Part shown: positions 1 through 4,741 of the stretch, piece by piece | Layout of the letters: every line of letters begins with the position of its first letter | Numbering within the stretch: the first letter of the stretch is position 1 | DNA from: a virus | Lineage: Duplodnaviria > Heunggongvirae > Uroviricota > Caudoviricetes | DNA length: 4,741 nucleotides | Virus record (IMG/VR): IMGVR_UViG_2724678985_000016 | Direction: 5' to 3' (one strand) | The notes under the pieces: generated by a model | Databases searched by the model: none | What the model was told of the DNA's origin: nothing | Seen by the model: only the letters and a program-made list of their open reading frames with translations | Position numbers and translations under genes: made by a program

Positions 1-41
1 TATTATGCTTCCATCGGAAACGATGATCTGGCAGCCTGAGT

Positions 42-323
42 TCACAGATAAAACACTCTCCAGGTAACCCGGGGCGGTTCAAGTTTTTTGCGGGCATTTT
101 GCCAGTCCTTTCGTGCCTGTTCAGACGGGAATAACCCGTAGCCGGAGTTGTATACATAACCACTGGCAACCAGCTCTCTGGCAAGAATGCTCATCAGATA
201 TCTTGTCGCACCTGTTTTAGCTTCCAACTGTCGTAATGTCTCGCGACCGCTCTGGCGCACAAGTTCGACCACCTGCTCTTTAATTTTTTTCCCGCTCTTC
301 CTGTGTAAAAACTTTTGCCACAA
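42..323 (-). CDS. Small hypothetical protein (93 aa as drawn), possible helix-turn-helix, immediately downstream of the replication initiator gene
   Basis: Seen in sequence: ORF with stop at 42-44, 38-bp gap after the replication gene stop. Strong Shine-Dalgarno AAGGAGG lies upstream, but only 2 nt from the TTG at 321-323, so the true start is uncertain. Segment RETLRQLEAKTGATRYLMSILAREL looks HTH-like (inference). No family recognised. Confidence 0.45.
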   Translation of the reverse strand: MWQKFLHRKSGKKIKEQVVELVRQSGRETLRQLEAKTGATRYLMSILARELVASGYVYNSGYGLFPSEQARKDWQNARKKLEPPRVTWRVFYL

Positions 324-361
324 GTCCTCCTTAAAATTACCTCATGACCTGAAATCAACAC

Positions 362-1327
362 TTATCCCCTGAAACCAGGCGGAATTTCTGTATCCGGTTC
401 AGAAATATGATTCACACAACGCTGTACAGGTGAACGTCCCAAGCGGATGACCAGTTCGTCCCATTTTTCGCGGAGTTTTGACGGGCTCATGATGTTTTTT
501 ACCCAGAATGGATCTCGCTGTACCCGACCAAACATTTCGCAAATTTGTCTGTGGCTTCTGCCATCCAGCATCCGCATTGTGCGCACGTCATTGGCCCAGG
601 CTGTCCAGTTAGGCTCTTTTGGTCGCATGATCTCTCCATCGTCGCTGGCAGCCTGTTCGTAAAGGTTCACGATCCGCCCCCAAATCCACTGCGCACACGC
701 CAAATCCTCCCTGCTACCCCACTGGCGTTTTTTCGCACTAAACACAACCGCGTCGGGGTTCCGGATTAAAAAATCCTGTTCAGCGGTCTGCGGGTCCGGT
801 TGCGAAGCTTCCGGACGAAAAGTGTTTTTATTCTCTGTAGTAATCTCTGTTGTATTCTCTGTAAGATCATCAGGCCATTTTGACCCGATGACATTGGGTC
901 GTTTTGAACCAATGGAGCGTTTCATTTTGACCTCTTCCATCGTGTCATTTTGACCTGATGGAGCGGCGCATTTTGAACCGATGGATTCGTTCAATTTGCC
1001 ACCATCTAAAAGCTCGTTCCCATAGTTGATCGTGTAGAAATTGGTCATATCGCGCTTTGATTTATTGAGCTTTTCACAACGCAAAAGCCCCAGCGTTTTC
1101 AGACTTGCAAACGCGCGCTTTAACGTTGACTCTGACCAGAATGGGAACTGTTCCAGCCATTGTTCCGTTGTGTTGTAAATCCAGCGAACACCATCACATT
1201 CCATGCCGGAATTGGTATCTCTCAACCAGTAATGCAACTGCTGCAACACAATGGCTTCATTTAAGCCAATCTTCATCGCAAGCTGTGTGTTTATAACCAG
1301 TGGGCGTTCAGCAAAAAGAAGGCTCAT
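362..1327 (-). CDS. Phage replication initiation protein (lambda O-like / replisome organizer), 321 aa from ATG at 1327
   Basis: Long ORF on minus strand (track ORF 362..1381). I place the start at the ATG at 1325-1327 (MSLLFAERPLVINTQLAMKIGLNEAIVLQQLHYW...), which overlaps the upstream gene stop by only 20 bp instead of 74. The N-terminal motif resembles phage replication-initiator N-domains (recalled). The gene contains 23-bp direct repeats at 876..1006 encoding repeated IGSK peptides, the classic ori-inside-O arrangement. Position downstream of cro/cII-like genes fits a lambdoid replication module. Confidence 0.75.
   Translation of the reverse strand: MSLLFAERPLVINTQLAMKIGLNEAIVLQQLHYWLRDTNSGMECDGVRWIYNTTEQWLEQFPFWSESTLKRAFASLKTLGLLRCEKLNKSKRDMTNFYTINYGNELLDGGKLNESIGSKCAAPSGQNDTMEEVKMKRSIGSKRPNVIGSKWPDDLTENTTEITTENKNTFRPEASQPDPQTAEQDFLIRNPDAVVFSAKKRQWGSREDLACAQWIWGRIVNLYEQAASDDGEIMRPKEPNWTAWANDVRTMRMLDGRSHRQICEMFGRVQRDPFWVKNIMSPSKLREKWDELVIRLGRSPVQRCVNHISEPDTEIPPGFRG
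820..1006. other. Putative prophage origin of replication (iterons plus adjacent AT-rich tract) embedded in the initiator gene
   Basis: Iterons at 876..1006 are followed, in the direction of initiator transcription, by an AT-rich tract at 820..875 that contains the short repeat tattctctgta twice (833-843, 858-868). This mirrors the lambda ori organisation (established knowledge); function is inferred. Confidence 0.6.
876..1006. repeat. Iteron array: about 6 direct repeats, 23-24 bp period, consensus roughly CATTTTGA(A)CCnGATGG
   Basis: Seen in sequence: copies begin at 876 (cattttgacccgatg), 900 (cgttttgaaccaatgg), 923 (cattttgacctcttcc), 946 (cattttgacctgatgg), 969 (cattttgaaccgatgg) and a degenerate copy at 992 (caatttgccaccatc). 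Spacing is 24,23,23,23,23 bp. Confidence 0.8.
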
Positions 1328-1829
1328 AATTCCATCCAGCTTTTTGTTGGTATTGCTGTCGATACGCAAGTTTGAAAGCAATTGCTTTTTCTATAAGTTC
1401 GTCAGTTTCACGATCCACTACGGCAGGATCAGCAAAAAGCATTCCGGACTCCACCACATCGCCATATTCTTTGTTTAACCCGGCGATCATGTACGTGATG
1501 CTTTTTCCGTCACTAATTTCACGATACAACCTGAAATCATTAATCCGGATAGCCTCCATAATTGCAGGCACTAGCGCCGTGAACTTTTCACGCTTATCCC
1601 TAGTGTCGATAGCCTTCCAGCGTTCGAATATCTTCACTCGATTAACGCCAAGCGCTCGCTGATCAACCGCGCCACCTTCATCTGTGACACGCTGAACATC
1701 GATGTTCGGGCGCTCTTTCAAAGCCCAGAATGATTCAGTGATTAATATCGTCGCCTGCTCCTGTGTCATTCCTGGTCGACATATCCAGGCATCCAGAGCC
1801 TCACGAGCCTGTTCAGGAGTGATTTTCAT
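1308..1829 (-). CDS. YdaT-family protein (prophage CII-like regulator / toxic protein family), 173 aa
   Basis: ORF with ATG at 1827-1829 overlapping the dicC-like stop by 17 bp (translational coupling). The segment KIFERWKAIDTRDKREKFTALVPAIMEAI matches my recollection of the conserved core of E. coli Rac YdaT (pattern RW...T..REK...L.PAI). Position immediately after the cro-like gene matches the ydaS-ydaT arrangement. Recalled, not searched. Confidence 0.65.
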   Translation of the reverse strand: MKITPEQAREALDAWICRPGMTQEQATILITESFWALKERPNIDVQRVTDEGGAVDQRALGVNRVKIFERWKAIDTRDKREKFTALVPAIMEAIRINDFRLYREISDGKSITYMIAGLNKEYGDVVESGMLFADPAVVDRETDELIEKAIAFKLAYRQQYQQKAGWNYEPSFC

Positions 1830-2040
1830 TGTTCAACCGCCCCGCCCGCTTCGTCTTACGATATTCGTCATAAACCTTGGGATCATACAGAAGCTCGCCG
1901 CCAGATGCCTCCTGTAGACGCATCGCGCGACCTTCAGGAACCAGCTCTTGCCATTGAGAAACAGCAGATGGGTCAACGCCAGCAGCTTTCGCTACTTTGG
2001 CTTTCGTACCGTAAAAATTAATTACGTCTGATTTAAACAT
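1813..2040 (-). CDS. dicC: Cro-like small DNA-binding regulator, DicC/YdaS family, 75 aa
   Basis: ATG at 2038-2040 preceded by GGAGG (TTGGAGGTGCG-ATG); the track ORF begins 9 codons further upstream but lacks an RBS there. Divergent from dicA across a 77-bp operator region. The C-terminal VPEGRAMRLQEASGGEL...YDPKVYDEY matches my memory of DicC/YdaS proteins. Confidence 0.75.
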   Translation of the reverse strand: MFKSDVINFYGTKAKVAKAAGVDPSAVSQWQELVPEGRAMRLQEASGGELLYDPKVYDEYRKTKRAGRLNNENHS

Positions 2041-2053
2041 CGCACCTCCAATA

Positions 2054-2067
2054 TTGAGTTTTCTCAA
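2054..2067. promoter_or_regulatory. Perfect inverted repeat TTGAGttttCTCAA, candidate DicA/DicC operator in the divergent dicC-dicA control region
   Basis: Seen in sequence: TTGAG(2054-2058)-tttt-CTCAA(2063-2067), 5-bp arms with a 4-bp spacer, about 14 bp upstream of the dicC start. A near-identical copy occurs at 2590..2603. Additional CTCAA half-sites lie at 2077-2081 and 2087-2091. A possible leftward -35 TTGACT (revcomp of 2091-2096) is present but its -10 is poor. Confidence 0.5.
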
Positions 2068-2117
2068 AGCTAATCACTCAAGGAATCTCAAGTCAAGGGT
2101 TATTAAGATATCTAAAT

Positions 2118-2525
2118 ATGAACGAGAAAACTTTAGGTCAACGCATTAGAGAAAGACGTAAGCAGGTAGGCTTAAGTCAAAACGGTTTAAGCAAAGCTGC
2201 TGGCGTATCTGGCTCATCAATTTCATTATGGGAAAGTGACCATACAGCCCCGCGTGGGCAAAATTTGCATCGCCTCGCCGAGGTATTGCAATGTTCACCA
2301 ACCTGGATACTGTTTGGCGACGAGGACAAAACACCAGCTCCCCCTGTTTCACTCGATAGTGCCTTAGACTTATCGGAAGATGAGTTAGAGATGCTGCGTT
2401 TGTATCGCGCACTTCCTAAATCAGAGCAACAAGCACAACTCAGCGAACTCCGCGCCCGCGTTGAGAATTTTAATCGCCTGTTCACCGAGCTATTAGAGGC
2501 TCGCAAACGCAACAAGCATCAATAA
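2118..2525 (+). CDS. dicA: DicA repressor (XRE-family HTH, cI/C2-like prophage repressor), 135 aa
   Basis: 135-aa ORF, the same length as E. coli K-12 DicA. N-terminal HTH (QRIRERRKQVGLSQNGLSKAAGVSGSSISLWE) and the stretch LHRLAEVLQCSPTWILFGDEDK plus C-terminal LSELRARVENFNRLFTELLEARKR closely match my recollection of DicA. Divergent from the cro-like gene. Confidence 0.9.
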   Translation: MNEKTLGQRIRERRKQVGLSQNGLSKAAGVSGSSISLWESDHTAPRGQNLHRLAEVLQCSPTWILFGDEDKTPAPPVSLDSALDLSEDELEMLRLYRALPKSEQQAQLSELRARVENFNRLFTELLEARKRNKHQ

Positions 2526-2582
2526 TCATCCCTTCACAAAATTTTAAAGCCTTACATTTCAATGTATTGGCTTTATCTTGCG

Positions 2583-2603
2583 CCAATACTTGAGTTTTCT
2601 CAT
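2583..2603. promoter_or_regulatory. Second operator-like site (gccaatacTTGAGttttCTCAt) downstream of dicA, upstream of the dicB-operon promoter
   Basis: Seen in sequence: 2590-2602 ttgagttttctca is identical to 2054-2066; the flanking ccaata is also shared (2048-2053 vs 2584-2589). The right arm is imperfect (CTCAt). The position is analogous to lambda OL relative to cI (inference). Confidence 0.45.
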
Positions 2604-2611
2604 CAAAAAAT

Positions 2612-2641
2612 CTTGACGAAAAATAATGAGAAAACTAAATT
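2612..2641 (+). promoter_or_regulatory. Candidate sigma70 promoter of the dicB operon (-35 TTGACG, about 18-bp spacer, -10 TAAATT)
   Basis: Seen in sequence: TTGACG at 2612-2617 and TAAATT at 2636-2641 (4/6 match to TATAAT), about 75 bp upstream of ydfA and immediately downstream of the operator-like site. Not experimentally positioned here. Confidence 0.35.
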
Positions 2642-2717
2642 ACCTCCATCAACACACCGCACGGTGTTCTCAGCAAACAGTTCCGCTACCCCGGCGTTAA
2701 GGGGAAATGAGGTCAGC

Positions 2718-2870
2718 ATGGATACTATCGATCTTGGCAACAGCGAATCTCTGGTATGTGGCGTGTTCCCCAACCAGGACGGTACGTTCACCGCGATGAC
2801 ATATACCAAAAGCAAAACGTTTAAAACCGAATCTGGCGCGCGTTGCTGGTTAGCCAGAAACACTGACTGA
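2718..2870 (+). CDS. ydfA: YdfA-like small protein (first gene of dicB operon), 50 aa
   Basis: ATG at 2718 with GAGG 7 nt upstream (GGGGAAATGAGGTCAGC-ATG). Protein MDTIDLGNSESLVCGVFPNQDGTFTAMTYTKSKTFKTESGARCWLARNTD matches my recollection of K-12 YdfA. The track ORF 2562..2870 extends upstream but has no RBS there. Confidence 0.8.
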   Translation: MDTIDLGNSESLVCGVFPNQDGTFTAMTYTKSKTFKTESGARCWLARNTD

Positions 2871-3247
2871 TGAGGCTGACGATGGAATTTAAAGATTTAC
2901 CGTCTGATGTACAGAAAACAGCAGCTCATACATTGCATTCTGTGCTGCGAGAAATCGGGAAAGATATTGCAAGCGAGCCAGCAAAAGATCTGGCCCGGAA
3001 AATCAAGACCGCTTTCGTTGAGCTTTATAATGTTGGCACTGACTCTGAAACTGTCGAGACCAAGACCGTAAGTTCACCAATATTCTCACTTGAGCCAGGC
3101 GTATTAGCAGGTGAAATGTGCACCGAGATTTCCAGCGAACTGCTTCCGGTAATACGAGAAGCAATTTGCCGTCGCGGTTTGGATGGAAGTTACGATCATG
3201 ACGTCCTGCAAGTTCTCAGGACAATGGTGACTTCACTGGGGATTTGA
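2870..3247 (+). CDS. YdfB/YdfC-like protein encoded here as one continuous ORF (125 aa from ATG 2870, or 121 aa from ATG 2882)
   Basis: ATG at 2870 overlaps the ydfA stop (TGATG). An alternative ATG at 2882 has GAGG 6 nt upstream. It occupies the position of ydfB+ydfC in the K-12 dicB operon (recalled as two short ORFs of 42 and 72 aa); here no in-frame stop separates them. Confidence 0.6.
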   Translation: MRLTMEFKDLPSDVQKTAAHTLHSVLREIGKDIASEPAKDLARKIKTAFVELYNVGTDSETVETKTVSSPIFSLEPGVLAGEMCTEISSELLPVIREAICRRGLDGSYDHDVLQVLRTMVTSLGI

Positions 3248-3416
3248 TCCCTGCGTCCTCTAACCTTTTGATATAGCGGTCCTCCAAGAAGCGGTAAATT
3301 TTGTCGAAATCATCTTTCCCCTCTGGTTTATTCAGAGGATTACAGGACCCGTAAGTAGCGGCATACATTTCAACCGTTTTATCAAAAATATAAGAGACAA
3401 ATTCTTCTTTAGTCAT
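3216..3416 (-). CDS. Hypothetical acidic 66-aa protein encoded antisense to the dicB operon (moron-like), convergent with and overlapping the 3' end of the ydfB/C-like ORF
   Basis: ATG at 3414-3416 (minus) preceded by AAGAAGGAAATCTAT (SD AAGGA, 7-8 nt spacing). Protein MTKEEFVSYIFDKTVEMYAATYGSCNPLNKPEGKDDFDKIYRFLEDRYIKRLEDAGIKSPVKSPLS has a balanced, protein-like composition. The local sequence appears more AT-rich than its flanks. No homolog recalled. Confidence 0.4.
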   Translation of the reverse strand: MTKEEFVSYIFDKTVEMYAATYGSCNPLNKPEGKDDFDKIYRFLEDRYIKRLEDAGIKSPVKSPLS

Positions 3417-3691
3417 ATAGATTTCCTTCTTGGTTATTCGGAATAAGAAGGATACCACCTCGCCTGACGTGGTTAAAAGCAGGCACACAACACGAAAGCG
3501 CACGGCGAAGTTCGTCTCACTGTACGGTGTCGTTAAATTTAATTCGACCGTGCGCTTCCGGTTGTGGCAACCCGCGAAATGGCGCGGCGGTAAGTATGGC
3601 GGGGTTATTCCTTCCCCGTTGAGGACACCGGGTTGTCAGGTTGACCATACGCTTAAGTGACAACCCCGCTGCAACGCCCTCTGTTATCAAT

Positions 3692-3749
3692 TTTCTGGTG
3701 ACGTTTGGCGGTATCAGTTTTACTCCGTGACTGCTCTGCCGCCGTTTTT
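3692..3749 (+). ncRNA. dicF: DicF small RNA (Hfq-dependent sRNA targeting ftsZ and other mRNAs), including 3' U-tract
   Basis: 3692-3743 (tttctggtgacgtttggcggtatcagttttactccgtgactgctctgccgcc) matches the 53-nt DicF sequence as I recall it, with a possible single difference at the last base. It lies between ydfB/C and dicB as in K-12 and ends in a GC stem plus T5. Confidence 0.75.
3707..3749 (+). terminator. Intrinsic terminator at the DicF 3' end (GGCGG...CCGCC stem followed by TTTTT)
   Basis: Seen in sequence: GGCGG 3707-3711 pairs with CCGCC 3739-3743, followed by g + TTTTT at 3745-3749. DicF is known to be generated partly by termination at its own terminator (established knowledge). Confidence 0.6.
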
Positions 3750-3918
3750 AAAGTGAATTTTGTGATGCGGTGAATGCGGCTAAGCGCACGCGGAACAGTT
3801 AAAACCAAAAACAGTGTTATGGGTGGATTCTCTGTATCCGGCGTTAATTGTTAACTGGTTAACGTCACCTGGAGGCACCAGGCACTGCATCACAAAATTC
3901 ATTGTTGAGGACGCGATA

Positions 3919-4107
3919 ATGAAAACGTTATTACCAAACGTTAATACGTCTGAAGGTTGTTTTGAAATTGGTGTCACTATCAGTAACCCTGTATTTACTG
4001 AAGATGCCATTAACAAGAGAAAACAAGAACGGGAGCTATTAAATAAAATATGCATTGTTTCAATGCTGGCTCGTTTACGTCTGATGCCAAAAGGATGTGC
4101 ACAATGA
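3919..4107 (+). CDS. dicB: DicB cell-division inhibitor (MinC-activating, ZipA-dependent), 62 aa
   Basis: ATG at 3919 with GAGGA 7 nt upstream. Protein MKTLLPNVNTSEGCFEIGVTISNPVFTEDAINKRKQERELLNKICIVSMLARLRLMPKGCAQ matches my recollection of K-12 DicB (62 aa). The track ORF 3814..4107 has a spurious N-terminal extension. Confidence 0.9.
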   Translation: MKTLLPNVNTSEGCFEIGVTISNPVFTEDAINKRKQERELLNKICIVSMLARLRLMPKGCAQ

Positions 4108-4295
4108 ATTCAGCATTTGCGCTTGTTCTGACAGTTTTTCTTGTTTCCGGAGAGCCAGTTGATATTGCAGTCAGTGTTCACAGGACAATGCAGGAGTGTA
4201 TGACTGCAGCAACCGAACAGAAAATTCCCGGTAACTGTTACCCGGTCGATAAAGTTATTCACCAGGATAATATCGAAATCCCGGCAGGTCTTTAA
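4104..4295 (+). CDS. ydfD: YdfD-like small membrane/lysis protein, 63 aa
   Basis: ATG at 4104 overlaps the dicB stop (ATGA), with AAGGA 8 nt upstream. N-terminal hydrophobic segment MNSAFALVLTVFLVSGEPV. Position and sequence fit ydfD of the dicB operon (recalled). Confidence 0.8.
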   Translation: MNSAFALVLTVFLVSGEPVDIAVSVHRTMQECMTAATEQKIPGNCYPVDKVIHQDNIEIPAGL

Positions 4296-4388
4296 AACAG
4301 TTCCGTAATAAATATCCGGTTTCATTCTTATATGCCAGCAATGGCAGGGATTTGTTCATCCTTAAATCTGTCATGAGGTTAAAACAAA

Positions 4389-4741
4389 ATGAGTAAAGTC
4401 TTTATTTGCGCCGCTATTCCTGACGAACTGGCAACAAGGGAAGAAGGCGCTGTGGCTGTAGCCACAGCCATTGAAGCTGGCGACGAACGCCGTGCTCGAG
4501 CAAAATTTCACTGGCAGTTCCTGGAACATTATCCGGCTGCTCAGGACTGCGCTTATAAATTTATTGTCTGCGAGGATAAACCTGGCATACCCCGCCCTGC
4601 CCTCGATTCATGGGATGCTGAATATATGCAGGAAAACCGCTGGGATGAGGAATCCGCTTCCTTTATTCCGGTCGAACCAGAATCCGATCCGATGAACGTC
4701 AATTTTGACAAGCTGTCCCTTGAAGTACAGAACGCGGTCCT
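4389..4741 (+). CDS. ydfE: YdfE-like protein, 5' portion only (open reading frame runs off the window end)
   Basis: ATG at 4389 with GAGGT about 10 nt upstream; in-frame translation MSKVFICAAIPDELATREEGAVAVATAIEAGDERRARAKFHWQFLEHYPAAQDCAYKFIVCEDKPGIPRPALDSWDAEYMQENRWDEESASFIPVEPESDPMNVNFDKLSLEVQNAV continues without a stop to position 4741. It is absent from the ORF track because it has no stop in the window. Position after ydfD fits ydfE. Confidence 0.7.
   Translation, partial: MSKVFICAAIPDELATREEGAVAVATAIEAGDERRARAKFHWQFLEHYPAAQDCAYKFIVCEDKPGIPRPALDSWDAEYMQENRWDEESASFIPVEPESDPMNVNFDKLSLEVQNAV

Noticed and set aside
187-372. 61-aa plus-strand ORF
   Set aside because: Lies antisense within the 93-aa minus-strand ORF and the initiator gene 3' end; no RBS; likely a shadow ORF.
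1065-1079. TTGAGcttttCACAA resembling the DicA operator
   Set aside because: Not a true palindrome (CACAA vs CTCAA) and located inside the initiator coding sequence; probably coincidental.
1328-1381. N-terminal extension of the initiator ORF to the TTG at 1381
   Set aside because: It would overlap the YdaT-like gene by 74 bp and start with TTG; the internal ATG at 1327 gives a conventional short overlap. The extension cannot be excluded.
447-1917. Plus-strand ORFs 447..662, 545..769, 1105..1296, 1251..1478, 1372..1662, 1702..1917
   Set aside because: All are antisense to the minus-strand initiator and YdaT-like genes, which have better context (coupled starts, recognisable motifs, embedded iterons). 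Their compositions (S/C/R-rich) look like non-coding frames.
2041-2067. N-terminal extension of the dicC-like ORF (track start at 2067)
   Set aside because: The ATG at 2040 has a GGAGG RBS and gives a 75-aa product matching the expected DicC size; the upstream extension would run through the operator palindrome.
2146-2515. Minus-strand ORFs 2146..2412 and 2177..2515
   Set aside because: Antisense to dicA, whose identity is strongly supported; no RBS; S/R-rich translation.
2562-2717. Upstream part of track ORF 2562..2870, and minus ORF 2603..2863
   Set aside because: The region contains the operator-like site and candidate promoter; the ATG at 2718 with an SD gives the expected 50-aa YdfA. 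The minus ORF is antisense without an RBS.
3430-3660. 76-aa plus-strand ORF
   Set aside because: TTG start, no SD, extremely basic and low-complexity translation; the region is better explained as structured untranslated RNA upstream of DicF.
3780-4055. Minus-strand 91-aa ORF and the N-terminal extension of dicB (3814..3918)
   Set aside because: Antisense to dicB and its leader; dicB start at 3919 has a clear RBS and gives the canonical 62-aa protein.
4110-4325. Minus-strand 71-aa ORF
   Set aside because: Antisense to ydfD; no RBS; Cys-rich, low-complexity translation.
4471-4695. 74-aa plus-strand ORF
   Set aside because: Out-of-frame inside the ydfE-like reading frame, which starts at 4389 with an RBS and continues past the window end.
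1-4741. CRISPR array, tRNA/rRNA, or insertion-sequence features
   Set aside because: No repeat-spacer periodicity other than the iterons, no tRNA-like cloverleaf candidates noticed, no transposase-like ORF or terminal inverted repeats.

Overview
This window reads as the immunity/early region of a lambdoid (Qin/dicB-type) cryptic prophage of Escherichia/Shigella, and I do not see a clearly novel system in it. A DicA (cI/C2-like) repressor gene at 2118..2525 (+) sits divergent from a Cro-like dicC gene at 1813..2040 (-), separated by a 77-bp control region carrying a perfect palindrome TTGAGttttCTCAA. The leftward arm continues with a YdaT-family (CII-like) gene, an O-like replication initiator whose coding sequence holds about six 23-bp iterons plus an AT-rich tract (an embedded origin), and a small ORF. 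The rightward arm is the dicB division-inhibition operon: ydfA, a single ydfB/ydfC-like ORF, the DicF sRNA with its intrinsic terminator, dicB, ydfD (ATGA-overlapped with dicB) and the 5' part of ydfE running off the window. The least explained element is a 66-aa ORF on the opposite strand (3216..3416), embedded convergently in the operon just upstream of dicF. All homology statements rest on recalled protein/RNA sequences, not on a search. No tRNA, rRNA, CRISPR array or transposase was seen.
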